DNA of 62,402 bases, counting the filler, from an uncultured bacterium (GTDB lineage Bacteria > CAYJOG01): NCBI GenBank assembly GCA_964371695.1. It is 32 parts of 32 records of this genome, joined end to end, with 100 filler letters (N's around TTAATTAATTAA, not from the genome) between each part and the next. Parts side by side here need not be neighbours in the genome. Positions count along the whole stretch, not along the records: positions 31,959 to 33,803 come from CAYJOG010000614.1; positions 33,904 to 35,748 come from CAYJOG010000615.1; positions 35,849 to 37,692 come from CAYJOG010000616.1; positions 37,793 to 39,630 come from CAYJOG010000617.1; positions 39,731 to 41,554 come from CAYJOG010000618.1; positions 41,655 to 43,473 come from CAYJOG010000619.1; 26 more parts are not named here. One strand, 5' to 3'. Below, in pieces: positions 31,859 through 43,573 of the stretch (position 1 is the first letter of the stretch; every line of letters begins with the position of its first letter). The notes under the pieces are model-generated. The model ran no database searches. It was given only the letters and a program-made list of their open reading frames with translations, and had not been told where the DNA came from. The position numbers were made by a program, and so were the translations under genes.

Positions 31859-31958
31859 NNNNNNNNNNNNNNNNNNNNNNNNNNNNNNNNNNNNNNNNNN
31901 NNTTAATTAATTAANNNNNNNNNNNNNNNNNNNNNNNNNNNNNNNNNNNNNNNNNNNN

Positions 31959-33803
31959 GGATAGGCTGCGGGGTTGTAGGCCGCGAGACGCTCGGTGGTG
32001 AAGGCGTCGAAATAGGCCGGGTCGTCGTTGTACCAACTCATGGGGCCGGGGCAGCTCTGTTGTCCCACGGCGCGTTCAAAGGCGGTTTCCTGATCCAGCC
32101 GCGCCTTGAGCACGCCATCGGCCAGTTCCTCGCGCAGGGGGGCCAGGGTTTCTTCGCGATAGGCCGGGCGGGTGAGAAAGTCGTGGAGCCATTGCAGGCT
32201 TTCTTCCAGGTCTGCCGGTGTGCTCTGGCCGCCAAAACCATCCGCCGAAAAACTGATGCTGAAGTTTTTGCCCTTCTTGAGACGCTCGTATTCCGAATAG
32301 GTGAACTCCTGCGTGCCGCCCACCAGCCGCGCCCCGGCGGCAAAGCCGGGCAGGCCCCAGGCCTTGGGGGGCAGCGCGAGAAAGGAATTGTCCACCCAGC
32401 CGTTGAGCAGGATGGTGTCCTGGGCGAAATCGGTTTTTTTGAAATAGGCGGTGACGCCGTTGGAGAACGTCACCTGCACCGCGTCCAGTTCCTTCACCTC
32501 TTTTTTCGAGGTCACCTCCGCCGGTTTCAGGGCGGAATAATCCACCGTTTTCACCNNNNNNNNNNGGCTCGGCGGCGAGGGTTTTTTCGTAAACACCCGT
32601 GAAATCCCCTTTGGCGTAAAGCGCCTGTTTGTCTTCGGGCAGCTCCACCAGCGTGAGGGGATGACTGCCCGACATCAGCCGCCCGGCGGCCTCGTGAATT
32701 TCCTGCACCGTCATGGAGGGGCCGAACTGTTGCCACAGCGCCAGCAGGTTTTTTTCGCCCAGAATGGGATGGTCCTCACGCACGGCGTCTTCGAGGTTAT
32801 AAGCGACGCCATCGGTGTCGGCCTTGTCGGCTTCTTTCAGCAGGCGCGTGAGGGTGGCGGTGAGCGCGGCGCGCTGGTCGTCCAGTTCCTCTTGCAGCAC
32901 ACCGTGGGTGAGCAGGCGGTCGGTCTCCTCGGTGAGGGTTGCGAGCACGTTTTTTTCCTGTCCCAGTTGGCGGCTGTCGGCGGCCACCACGTTCAGGCGG
33001 AACTCCTGAAACCACCCCCCCCACACCTCGGCTTGGGGGTCTGCAAAAGGCGCGTCCTTGCTCAGGGCGCGTTCCTTCAGGCGTTCCGAGAGAATGTTCA
33101 TGGCCAGGTTCTCAGCCGTGGCGCGGCGGTATTCCTCAATGGTTTTGAGAATGGGCGCGGGTTGTATCCACATCAGCGCCACGCTGCCCTTGGTGATTTC
33201 CCGGTCGTGAATCAGCGCGTCAAAAGCCTTTTGATAAACGGGGGTTTTGTTGAGGGGCAGGGCGGGGGGTTTGCCGTTGCGCTTCGGGGCCTTGGCCAGG
33301 GTTTCATGCACTAGTTTTTTCATGGTGGCCACCGGCATGTCACCCACCAAGATGGCCGTGGCCAGTTCGGGCCGATACCACTTCTGCTGAAACTTCACAA
33401 ACCGGCCACGGGCCAGTTTTTGGAGGTCGTCCTCTTTGCCGATGGGAAACCGCTTGGGATAGGCCGTGCCGGGCAGGGCGATGTTCGCAAACTGCTCCAT
33501 CCACCGCTGGCTCAGGCCGCGCCGATAACGCATTTCCTCCAACACCACGCCCCGCTCACGGTTGACTTTGGCGACGGGAAAAGTGCCGGGGTTCAGCAGG
33601 TCTTCAAAAAAATGCAGGCCGTCCCGCACCTGTTTGGTTTCTGTTTTCAGGCGCAAAAAATAAGTGGTGCGGTTCCAGCTGGTGTAAGCGTTGCTGTCGC
33701 CCCCCAGGGGCGCGCCAATGGCCTTGAGCCATTTGTCCATCTGGCCGGGCTTGAAGTGTTTGCCGCCGTGAAAAACCATGTGCTCCAGAAAATGCGCCAG
33801 GCC
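31959..33803 (-). CDS. M16 insulinase-family zinc protease (PqqL-like), both ends truncated, internal N gap at 32556-32565
   Basis: AHFLEHMVF (HxxEH), NAYTSW, ERGVVLEE, RFPIG, WYRP; second half FSNGVTAYFKKTDF. Confidence 0.92.
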
Positions 33804-33903
33804 NNNNNNNNNNNNNNNNNNNNNNNNNNNNNNNNNNNNNNNNNNNNTTAATTAATTAANNNNNNNNNNNNNNNNNNNNNNNNNNNNNNNNNNNNNNNNN
33901 NNN

Positions 33904-35333
33904 GCCACGGGTTTTACGACCAGAACCCCATCGGCAAAATCACCACCCGCGTCACCAACGACATCGAAAACCTGGGGAACTTTTTTTCCATGGGGGCCGT
34001 CTCGCTGATCAAAGACCTGCTGACGCTGGTGTATGTCATCGCCGCGATTTTTCTCTTGAACGCCAAGCTCACCCTGGGCCTGCTGCCGGTGCTGCTGGGG
34101 GTATATTTTTTGAGCGACTTTTTCCGCCGCCGCCTGCGCCACAGTTCGCGAGAAATCCGCGACGCCATGGCGCGCATCAACGGGTTTTTGCAGGAGCACA
34201 TCAGCGGCGCACACACCGTGCAGCTCTATGGCCAGAAAGACCGCACCGTGGACCGTTTTGAGGGCCACAACCGCGATTATCTGCGGGCCTATCTGGCCAA
34301 CATCAAAGACGACGCCCTTTTGTTCGCCCTCATCGAATGGGGCGAGACCATGGTCATCGCCCTGGTGATGGTGTTCGCCGCCGCCACGGCCACGCAGCAG
34401 GCCATCACGCTGGGGGCCATGGTCACCTTCGCCACGCTCATTCAGCAGTTTTTTGTGCCGGTGCGCGACCTGAGCCAGAAATTCGCGGTGATCCAGAGCG
34501 CCCTGGCGTCGCTGGAGAAAATCTTTTCGGTGCTGGACACGGACACGGAAGTCAAAACCCCCAGCCCCCTGCCGCTGGCAAAACCCGTGCGGGGCGCGCT
34601 GGAACTGAACAACCTGTGGTTTGCCTATCAGGCCGAAAACTGGGTGCTGAAGGGCGTCTCGCTGTCCATTCCCCCCGGCCAGCGGGTGGCGCTGGTGGGC
34701 CACACGGGCAGCGGAAAAAGCACGTTGTTCAAACTGCTGCTTCGGTTTTACGCCCCCTCGCGGGGCGGTTTGTCTCTGGACGGCGTGGCCCTTGAGAACC
34801 TGCCCCCCTCGGCGCTTTATGACACCCTGGGCATGGTGAGCCAGGACATCGAAATCTTCGACGGCACGCTGCTGGAAAACCTCACGCTGCTGCAATCAGG
34901 CATGACCCGCGAACACGTGCTGGAAAAACTCAAAAGCTTTGACGCGGAGGCCGTGTTCCCCAACCTGATGGAGCGGCTGGACGAACCGGTGCAGGCCGGG
35001 GGGCGCAATTTTTCGCAGGGTGAAAAACAGCTTTTGAGCATTTTGCGCGCCATGTTGCGCAACCCGCCGGTGGTGCTGCTGGATGAAGCCACCGCCAGCG
35101 TGGACGCCGCCACGGAAATGCGCCTGCAACAGGCCATGGAGCGCCTGTTTGAAGGCCGCACGGTGCTGGTGATCGCCCACCGTCTGGCCACGGTGCGCTC
35201 GTGCCACCGGGTGGTGGTGATGCACCATGGCCGCGTGGCCGAAGACGGCCCCCACGCCGACCTGCTGGAACAGAACGGCCTTTACACCAAGCTCTATCAG
35301 TTGCAGTTTTCCAGCGGCGGCGTGGCGGTGTGA
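33904..35333 (+). CDS. ABC exporter, fused permease/ATP-binding (MsbA/MdlB-like), 5'-truncated
   Basis: GHTGSGKST, FSQGEKQL, LLDEATA, IAHRLAT. Confidence 0.95.
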
Positions 35334-35364
35334 AATTGGTTTCTGCGACCATTACCATGTTGGC

Positions 35365-35655
35365 ATGAGTCTGCTGCACCTGGGTTTTGGCCGCATTCAC
35401 CACCGCGAAGAAGTGATCGGCCTGTTTGACCCTGCCACCATCACCGTGCGGCCCACCCATTTTCGCCAGAGCGGCGGCGACCCAAAACCCCTGGGCACCC
35501 AGGGCGCGCCCCGTGGCCGCAAGGTGCAGAGCTGGGTGCTCACCAGCACGCGCCTCATCGCCAGCCCCATCCGCACCGCCACGCTCAAACAGCGCATGGA
35601 AGCCACGGTGCCAGACTTGGCGAAAGAAGTGGTGTGGATCAGAGCCTGTTTATAA
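35365..35655 (+). CDS. DUF370 RemA/RemB-like small protein
   Basis: LHLG, EVIGLFD, SWVLT, SPIRTATLKQR match the RemB pattern; TACCAT -10 box 6 nt before ATG. Confidence 0.65.
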   Translation: MSLLHLGFGRIHHREEVIGLFDPATITVRPTHFRQSGGDPKPLGTQGAPRGRKVQSWVLTSTRLIASPIRTATLKQRMEATVPDLAKEVVWIRACL

Positions 35656-35958
35656 AGTAGTCAAAAAACTGAACAACAGGCTCTTGCGGCCAGGAGTTTG
35701 CGAGGAGTCTTTCCAGATGCCCATTGGGGCATCTGGCCGAGCAAAGGCNNNNNNNNNNNNNNNNNNNNNNNNNNNNNNNNNNNNNNNNNNNNTTAATTAA
35801 TTAANNNNNNNNNNNNNNNNNNNNNNNNNNNNNNNNNNNNNNNNNNNNTCTGGGAGGCCCGCTGGCCTCCCAGTGGGGGGTTTGGGGGGGCGAAGCCCCC
35901 CAATAACATTGCTGAAACCATCACTTCATAGCTTTTTGTGAAAACATCAAAGCTGGTT

Positions 35959-36936
35959 TCACTCCGCCACGGCGGCCCGTGCGCCAAAGGCCAGGCCGCT
36001 GCCATAGGCGGCCATCACCAGTTTCTGGCCGGGGCGAATGCGCCCGGCGGCGCACCACTCGCTGAGCAGCACCGGAATGCTGGCCGCCGCCAGATTGCCG
36101 TGATCGGCCAAGTGGTGGGCGACTTTTTCCATCGGCAGGCCCAGGGCCGCCGCCGCAGGCTCCAATATCCGCAGGTTGCTTTGGTGCGGGAACAGCCAGT
36201 CCACTTCGTTCACCACCCAGCCTGCTTTGCTGCACACCTGCCGCACCATGCGGGGCAACACGTCTACGGCAAAGTTGAACACCGCCTTGCCATCCATGGA
36301 CAAAAACCGTTCCTCGCTGTCAAGAGTTTCTGACGTGGTGGGGGCAAGGCTGCCGCCGCCGGGCACCTGCAACACGTGGCTGTTTTCCGGCTCGGTGAAC
36401 TGAAGGGCCGGGCCAAGGGTGATCAGCCCTTTGGCTTCACCGCTGCGCTTCAGCACCACCGCCCCGGCGCCATCGCCAAACAACACGTTGGTGCGGTGAT
36501 CCTTCGGATTCAGTATCCGGCTCATGGCTTCTTGCGCCAGCACCAGCACGGTGTCGGCCTGGCCCGCCTGCAACAACCCCTCTCCCAGGGCCAGGGCCGC
36601 GAGAAAACCCATGCAGCCGCCGCTCAGGTCCACCGTCATGGGGCCAGACCAGCCCAGGCGGGCCATCACACTGGCCCCCGTGGGCGGCAAAAAACGCTCT
36701 GGCGTACTGGTGGCGCACAACAGCCAGTCCGGCGGCGCGGCCAGTCCCAGCCCCTGAATGGCGGCGGCCCCCAGTTCGCTGGGGGCCTGACCTTCATTCA
36801 GCCAGGGGCGCACCTTTATGCCCGCACGTTTTTCGACAAAACCGGCCTCCAGGCCCTGCTGCTGCTCCAGTTCGGCGCTGGTGACCGGGCGTGGCCCCAG
36901 GGCGTGGCCCAGGGCGGTGATGACGACTTTTGACAT
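35959..36936 (-). CDS. fabH: 3-oxoacyl-ACP synthase III
   Basis: GGCMGF, LFGDGAGA, MDGKAVF, PHQSNLRI, GNLAAASIP. Confidence 0.93.
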   Translation of the reverse strand: MSKVVITALGHALGPRPVTSAELEQQQGLEAGFVEKRAGIKVRPWLNEGQAPSELGAAAIQGLGLAAPPDWLLCATSTPERFLPPTGASVMARLGWSGPMTVDLSGGCMGFLAALALGEGLLQAGQADTVLVLAQEAMSRILNPKDHRTNVLFGDGAGAVVLKRSGEAKGLITLGPALQFTEPENSHVLQVPGGGSLAPTTSETLDSEERFLSMDGKAVFNFAVDVLPRMVRQVCSKAGWVVNEVDWLFPHQSNLRILEPAAAALGLPMEKVAHHLADHGNLAAASIPVLLSEWCAAGRIRPGQKLVMAAYGSGLAFGARAAVAE

Positions 36937-37008
36937 GACGGCGGATATAGTAAGCCCATGGCGCGGCGTTGCTGGATAGGCCGTGAAACCGGGCAGCCAT
37001 TCCGGCTT

Positions 37009-37692
37009 ATGACAAGGGGGCTGCTGGGGTTGGTTCTTTTGTTGCTGAGCAGTTGCTCTGGCCGCAACAACACGCCCCCTGCCCTCACCCTTGGCATTTC
37101 GGCTCAGCAACAACAGAAACACGCCGATCTGCTCACTTTTTTCAGTGAAAAAACATTTTTTTTGAGCGGCGACGCCCTGAACCTGGAAGTGAAAGTGTTG
37201 CCCGCCAAAGCCATGGGGGTCTCGGCGCTTTCCGCCACAAACGGCGTGGACCTGCTGTTTTTAAGCACACCTGAACTGGCCCTGGCGCTGTCTGAAAAAG
37301 AAAGTCAGGAGGCATGGTTCTGCCGCAGTCTGCTGGCCCCCAACACCCCCGCGGTCTCGTGTTTCAAAGACGGATTGCTGGGGGATGGGTGGTTTCTGGC
37401 CGGGCGGCTGCAAGGGGCAAGCTGGTTCCTGGCCAGCCGTGACAACACAGCCCCCTCAGCATTGGCCACACCCCGTCTGGCCATGTCCCCCCAGGGGCCG
37501 CTCGCGCCGCTGCTCGTGAAAATGGGCTGGGCCCCCCGCCTGTCCAACCCCGCCTCTTTTGCCGATGAACTGGCACAGGACAGCGCCGACACCGCCCTGC
37601 TGCGAGACGAAGACCTCTCAGACGCCCTGTTTGAGCAGGCCCCCCACCTGTTCGCCGCAGACACCCCCGCCCCCCCGTGGCTGGTGCTGGCG
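37009..37692 (+). CDS. Lipoprotein, possible substrate-binding protein, 3'-truncated
   Basis: Lipobox LLLSSC; VDLLFL and ADTALL segments. Confidence 0.55.
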
Positions 37693-37792
37693 NNNNNNNN
37701 NNNNNNNNNNNNNNNNNNNNNNNNNNNNNNNNNNNNTTAATTAATTAANNNNNNNNNNNNNNNNNNNNNNNNNNNNNNNNNNNNNNNNNNNN

Positions 37793-38445
37793 AAGGGCTT
37801 GATGTTGCGGCTGAGTTGCAGGGTTTCCAGGCGAATGTCGCGGCGGTTGAAATAACTGTCAAAGGTCTGGTTGGTGCTGATGGGGTCGCTGCTGCTGCCA
37901 GTGGCCAGGCGCACCTTTGCCTTCCAGTTGTCTTCAATCATGCTGCTCAGGCCCAGGCGGTAACGCACCCGCAGGCGGCTGGTGAGGCCATCCGCAGCCT
38001 TGGAATCATTCACCGAAATGGTTTCGTAACGCAGACGCAGGTCCTGCTCCATGGTGACGGGGTTTTTCATTTTGGTGGCCACGGGCACGGGGGGAACGTT
38101 GCGAATCAGGTCGTATTCCTTGCGTTTGCGGAAAAACGTTTCGCGGATGAGGGGCAGTTTCTTTTTGGGCACCACGCCCGCTTCCACCAGGGTTTCCAGC
38201 ATCAGTTCCACGTCGGTGGGGATTTCTTCAACCTCTTCGGCACGCAGGGGCGCACCCAGCAGCAGCGAACTGGCGGCGCCCGCCAGAAGCAGGGTTTTGC
38301 GGGCATGGATGCCCGCATCCGAAAACCGGAGCTTTGAAAAAGCAGAGGTTTTCGCCACGCTGAGGGGGCTTTGCCCCCGATGGCGTTGGGTTTTAAAAGT
38401 CCACGACGGACTTTTAAAACAAACTCCAAAGGGTTTGGGGTTCAT
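37793..38445 (-). CDS. Putative porin (phosphate-associated Porin_5-like), 3'-truncated, with in-frame repeat in the N-terminus
   Basis: GAAGGAG RBS before ATG 38445; DLRLRYE, RLRVRYRLG, RLATG, DPISTNQT; divergent from pstS. Confidence 0.8.
38299..38421 (-). repeat. Family B repeat located inside the porin ORF
   Basis: Co-linear with intergenic copies 5891-6042 and 21944-22051. Confidence 0.85.
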
Positions 38446-38610
38446 GGTGTTGTCTCCTTCGTTTGCCTTGGCCATGGCATGGGCCATCAGGACCGGGGCA
38501 GGATTACCGCCCCCTGTTAATGAAAGATGAAGAAAAAGAAGAGATTTCCTTCATCAGGCGTTAACGGGCGCGGCGCACATTGCGCGGACAATTTTTATTC
38601 AGGAGGCGTC

Positions 38611-39480
38611 ATGCCCAACAGGAAAGCCCTTTTATTCATCTCACTCACCGCCCTGGCCCTCACCATCCGCCATGCTTCGGCAGGCGTCATCACCGTCAAA
38701 GGGTCTGACACCATGGTGCTCATGTCCCAGCTTTGGGCCGAGACCTACATGAAAACCCACAAGGGAACCAAAATCACCGTCACCGGCGGCGGCTCAGGCA
38801 CGGGCATCGCGGCCATCATGAATAACACCGTCAACATAGCCAACGCCAGCCGCCCCCTCAAACCCATCGAGCGCATGGCCATCCAGGAAATGGGCAAGAA
38901 TGTCACCGAAGTGAAAGTGGCCATGGATGCCTTGGCCGTGGTGGTGAACCAGGCCCAGACCGGCGTGAAGGTGCTCACCCTGCGCCAGCTCAAGGCCATC
39001 TACACCGGGCGCGTCAAGGACTGGCGCGAAGTGGGGGGCAAACCCGGCCGCATCGTGCGTTATTGCCGCGAAGCCAACAGCGGCACCTATGCCTTTTTCA
39101 AGGAACACGTGCTGGACAACGAAGACTACGCCGCCGATTGTCAGCACATGGCGGGCACGGCAGCCATTTCCGCAGCGGTTTCGCGGGACCCGAAAGCCAT
39201 CGGGTTTGGCGGTATCGGTTATTTCGCCAAGGCCAAGGGCATCAGCGTGGTGAAGGTGGCTTATTCCGAACCGAAGCTGGCCATCAACCCCCTCAAGGCC
39301 GGTGGCCATGTGGACTTCGCCAAGGTGTGGAGCAAGCAATATCCCATCAGCCGCTACCTGTACATGTACAAAGCCGGCATCCTCACCAAAGAAGAAAAAG
39401 CCTTTGTGGACTGGATTCTTTCCCCCGCCGGTCAAAAAGTGGTGGTGGCGTCGGAGTATGTGCCCATGCCGAAAAAATAA
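38611..39480 (+). CDS. pstS: Phosphate ABC transporter substrate-binding protein
   Basis: AGGAGG RBS; KGSDTM, GGGSGTGI, ANASR, REANSGTY, YPISRYLY. Confidence 0.93.
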   Translation: MPNRKALLFISLTALALTIRHASAGVITVKGSDTMVLMSQLWAETYMKTHKGTKITVTGGGSGTGIAAIMNNTVNIANASRPLKPIERMAIQEMGKNVTEVKVAMDALAVVVNQAQTGVKVLTLRQLKAIYTGRVKDWREVGGKPGRIVRYCREANSGTYAFFKEHVLDNEDYAADCQHMAGTAAISAAVSRDPKAIGFGGIGYFAKAKGISVVKVAYSEPKLAINPLKAGGHVDFAKVWSKQYPISRYLYMYKAGILTKEEKAFVDWILSPAGQKVVVASEYVPMPKK

Positions 39481-39730
39481 GTTCGTCCTCTGTACATGAC
39501 CTGTAAAAACAGCCGCCAGCGTGCGGCTGTTTTGTTTTTACCCACCCTTTTCTGTCCAGACACCTTCTGGCGAGAAAACCATTTCCAGACCCGTGCGGGG
39601 CAGGCCCAGCACCACGGCGCACCACCATGTNNNNNNNNNNNNNNNNNNNNNNNNNNNNNNNNNNNNNNNNNNNNTTAATTAATTAANNNNNNNNNNNNNN
39701 NNNNNNNNNNNNNNNNNNNNNNNNNNNNNN

Positions 39731-41035
39731 GCACCTGGGGCCCCACCGGCTAAAACCGGCTGGGCACCCGCAACAACCGCCACAACTGGCGCATGTCCAC
39801 CAGCCGGAGCCGTCTTCCTGCGGCAACAACAAAGGTTGGTCGAGCGCCACCGGTTTGCCCATGACACTCACACGCTGGGACTTGAGCGTGGTGCGCACTG
39901 TTTGTTGCCCCAGCTTGAGCAGCAGGTCGCCCTCTGGGGTTTTTTCAATCTTCACACCCGTCTGCCCCGCCAGCAGGCGCAGGGGCAGATACCACGCCCC
40001 GCCAATCTGTCGCGGCGCGGGCAACCCCCGCAGGGGCCTGTCGCGGAACGTCACCACAAACGGGTCTTCGGCGAACGACCGGATCACGCCGGTTTCGTCC
40101 ACCAGTTCCAGCACCGAGGCGGCCATGCCCCCCACCCGGCAACGCACCGGCTGATGGGGCGTGTTGAGCGCCAACGCGCTGTGGCCCGAAAGGGGCTTCA
40201 GGCTTGGGCCAAGCAGCATGGCCCGGAAAGGCCGAATTTGAGCCTCCACGCTGTAGGTCATGAGATAGGCCCCGGCCATGCCCTCACAGGGCAAAATGCT
40301 CTGGAAAAACGAGCCTTTGGAGAGCAGACGGGCTTTTCCCAGAGAATAAACCCCCGCTTCATTCAGGGCAAAATGCTGCAAATCCGTGGCCCCGCCCGCC
40401 TGCTGTTGCACCAGCGTGGCCCGTTCTTCACCCGCAGCGGTGCGCCCGCTGCTCACCAGGGCCAGGGGCTGCTCCTGAAGCGGCAACACGCCGCTGGCGG
40501 CGTACTTCACCCCCTTGTTGCGAAAGGTGACCTGATGCAGCCACAGGCGGTCTTCTTCTTCAGCCAGCAGAAAAAAATCAGACCCGCCTGGCTTTTTTGA
40601 CACGGGGGCCACCCACAATGTGCGCGATCGGCCCGTTTGCCGAAGGGCGGTGATTTTGACGCTGAGCGACGAAAGGGAGGCCAGATATAACCCACCCTCC
40701 TGACCCACCAGCAACCAGTCTCCCCCCGCCTGGGCCCCCATGGGCAACAACTGATGGGGAAACAGGGCTTCTTCAGAAGGCGTGTTGAGGGTATAAGCCA
40801 CCCAGGGGCGACCCTGCCGGGCCTCTACCTGCCACAAAAACCCCTTGGCGTCGGTGGCCAGCAGCAGGCCCTTGCCGTTGGGCTGAGACACTTTTTGCAG
40901 CAAAAATCCGCCCGGCAACCCCAGGGCTTTCTGATCCACCTGCCGCCAAGCGGCCTGCGCACCGTGGCTGGCCACCCAACACCCCACCAGCACCAGCAGG
41001 CAAAAAGAACGGCATGTTGAAAAGGGTCTGCTCAC
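39731..41035 (-). CDS. Secreted protein with C-terminal copper-amine-oxidase N-terminal (stalk)-like domain
   Basis: Signal peptide ending AQA; APRQIGGAWYLPLRLL, VMGKPVALDQP; start uncertain. Confidence 0.6.
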
Positions 41036-41060
41036 AGGAAAATGTCCGCATCCCCGCCGG

Positions 41061-41554
41061 TCAGAACGGGGAATCAAAACTGAAGGCAAAACGCCCAAAA
41101 TTATCATGCAAAAAAAAACGCGCCCGTATGCCCAGGATTTTATAGGCCAGGGAGTAGGTGTCCGAGGTGGGCTCTCCTTTTTTGAGATCGTAATAAAGGT
41201 TATGGCTCAGCTCCAGCTTGCTGTTGAGCACCCGCGTGAGAGAAAGTGTGCCCCCAGTGAAAGCCGTCTGGTTCCAGTCGAAATTGGCCCCCGAACGCAA
41301 AGACCATTTTTTTTGCCCCCCCACGGCCAGGGCCACGTTGGATGCCGCGCCGTGGCTGTTTGTTTCTGCCCCCCGGCTGGAATGAAAATTGGCGTAAGAA
41401 GCGCTGTGCCCCAATGTGAGCTGGCTGAAAACCCCCAGGCGGTGCGACACCCGCGCATTGAAGCCGGAGTTGTACCCCTGACCATTGCCGAAACTGAACC
41501 CCAGGTTGCTGCTGAGGTTGAGCCAGGATTTTTTGCCCAGGTTCACCTGGGATT
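41061..41554 (-). CDS. Outer-membrane beta-barrel C-terminal fragment
   Basis: Alternating amphipathic beta pattern; C-terminal Phe. Confidence 0.6.
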
Positions 41555-41654
41555 NNNNNNNNNNNNNNNNNNNNNNNNNNNNNNNNNNNNNNNNNNNNTT
41601 AATTAATTAANNNNNNNNNNNNNNNNNNNNNNNNNNNNNNNNNNNNNNNNNNNN

Positions 41655-41924
41655 GTTCAACACCACGCGGGTGGATTCTCCCTGCACCAGGGCCACGTTG
41701 CCCCCGGCATAAAAAATTACCGTTTCGCCGCCGAACTCCACCATGCCGCCACGAAAGGCCGCCGCCGGAAGCGGCTGCGCCCCCCCGGTGGCCACGGGAA
41801 TGCTGGGAAACGAACCGGCGCGTTCCTGCGCCTGGGCCGATGCACCACCAAAAGCGACCAAAAGGGCAAGCGCCCAGAGCCGCATGGCGATGAGAGGATT
41901 TCTGAATGGGTGTGTGCTTTTCAT
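41655..41924 (-). CDS. Secreted hypothetical protein, 3'-truncated
   Basis: Signal peptide ending AQA, directly downstream of the beta-barrel gene. Confidence 0.6.
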
Positions 41925-41936
41925 GTTTGTCCCAGC

Positions 41937-43473
41937 TCAGATCTTGGTGTTGAGGCGAATGAGGAAAACCGAATGCGCGGCAGACGTGCCCGCCGGTGGT
42001 TTGCGTGTGTATTTGTAATCGAAGAAAAGCGTCTGCGTGTCGTTGATCTTGCGGCTCAAGGTGGCCACGTTGACAAAGGTGAACTTTTCTTTGGTGGTGG
42101 TGTTGTTGGTGGTGGAGAAGTTCTGGTTCAGGCTCAGGTTGACCCGCCATTTGGGCAGGGCCATTTTGGTGGTGAGCGACACCTGATTGGTCATGCTGGG
42201 TTTGCCCGCCGCCCAGTTTTTGGAATAACTGGCCGCCAAAGTCTGCTGAAACCGGGCCGAGAACGGCAGCTTCATGGTGAGGCCCCAATAATCGGCCCGT
42301 GTGCTGACTTTGGTCTTCACCAGCTTCTGTTTGCTCTGGTTAAAGGTGAGCGTGGGCTGAAACCGGCTCTTGCTCCGACCGATGTTGAGGCCCAACCGCT
42401 GGGAATTGGAATCTTTGTTGGGCGTGGTTTCGTCGTCAAAACCGGTGGTGGAGAAGTTGGCCGACACACCCAGGCCGTTTTTGAAATCCCACTTGGTGGC
42501 GAAGGCGTTGACCAGGGTGTGGTTGTCCACCGCCGTGTTGGGTTTGTTCAGGCCGTCCTGCCGCGTGAGGCTGGCGTTGTAGTTCAGGTTCGGCAACAGG
42601 TTCAGCAGCAGTTTCTTTTCGCTCACCGTCAGGTTCAGGCCGTGGCTGCGGTTGACCACGTTGTTGCCCACGGTGTTGCGCAGGTTGTTGTCCGCCCGGC
42701 TGTTTTTCAGCGCCACCGTCAGGCCGTTCAGCTTGAAGGTGTTTACGGTGGCCCACTTGGTGGCGTTTTTCGCGCCGGGGCTGGCGATGGCGGCGTAATT
42801 GCTGTCCACCCGCACAAAATCCAGCTCGTGGGTCTGGCGCTTGAACTTGATGGCGTGGCGATATTTGGTGGCCGACTCAAAACCGGCCCGCGTGTTCGCG
42901 CCGGTCACGTTTTCATTCACCCGGCTGAGCGCGTGGCCCAGGCGCATGGTGTGGCGGTGTTCCTGCCAGTCAGCGTCAAACGAATACACCGCGCCACTCA
43001 CGGGTTTGGTGCCCGCCCGCTTGGCCACAGAAAGACTGTCAATCTTGTCGTCGATATAAAAGTAGCTCACCCGCGCCCGGCGCGTTTTGCCCGGCTGATA
43101 TTGCAGGCTGCCGCCCCGCACAGTGCGCTGATAGGTTTTGCTGGCGTCGCTGGCCTTGGCGGTGCGGCCGTGCAGCGCACTGGCCAGGAACGGCCCCGCT
43201 TTGTAATAAACCTCGCGGGCTTCCATTTCTTTACCGTTCACGGTGAACTCGTTGTAGGAAGGCGTGAAACGCCCCGCCTTGATCTTGAGGTTTTTGGTGG
43301 CGAACTCGCCCACAAAGTTGCGGCCAGAGAAGTCGTCCATCTGGTCTTTCTCGCTCACGTCCCGCACAATCGCCAGCCCCTTGACGGAACCGGCAAACCC
43401 CGGCCCCTTGAACTTGAGCGTGGTGGGGGGCGTGCTGCCCGGCACCGACTGCTTGGGGTTGTTGGTGTAGATC
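41937..43473 (-). CDS. Large outer-membrane beta-barrel-like protein, 5'-truncated
   Basis: Long Asn/Thr/Lys-rich amphipathic strands; strong host codon usage. Confidence 0.7.
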
Positions 43474-43573
43474 NNNNNNNNNNNNNNNNNNNNNNNNNNN
43501 NNNNNNNNNNNNNNNNNTTAATTAATTAANNNNNNNNNNNNNNNNNNNNNNNNNNNNNNNNNNNNNNNNNNNN

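Noticed and set aside
32556-32565. Apparent frameshift splitting the M16 peptidase into two ORFs
   Set aside because: Caused by a 10-N scaffold gap of unknown true length
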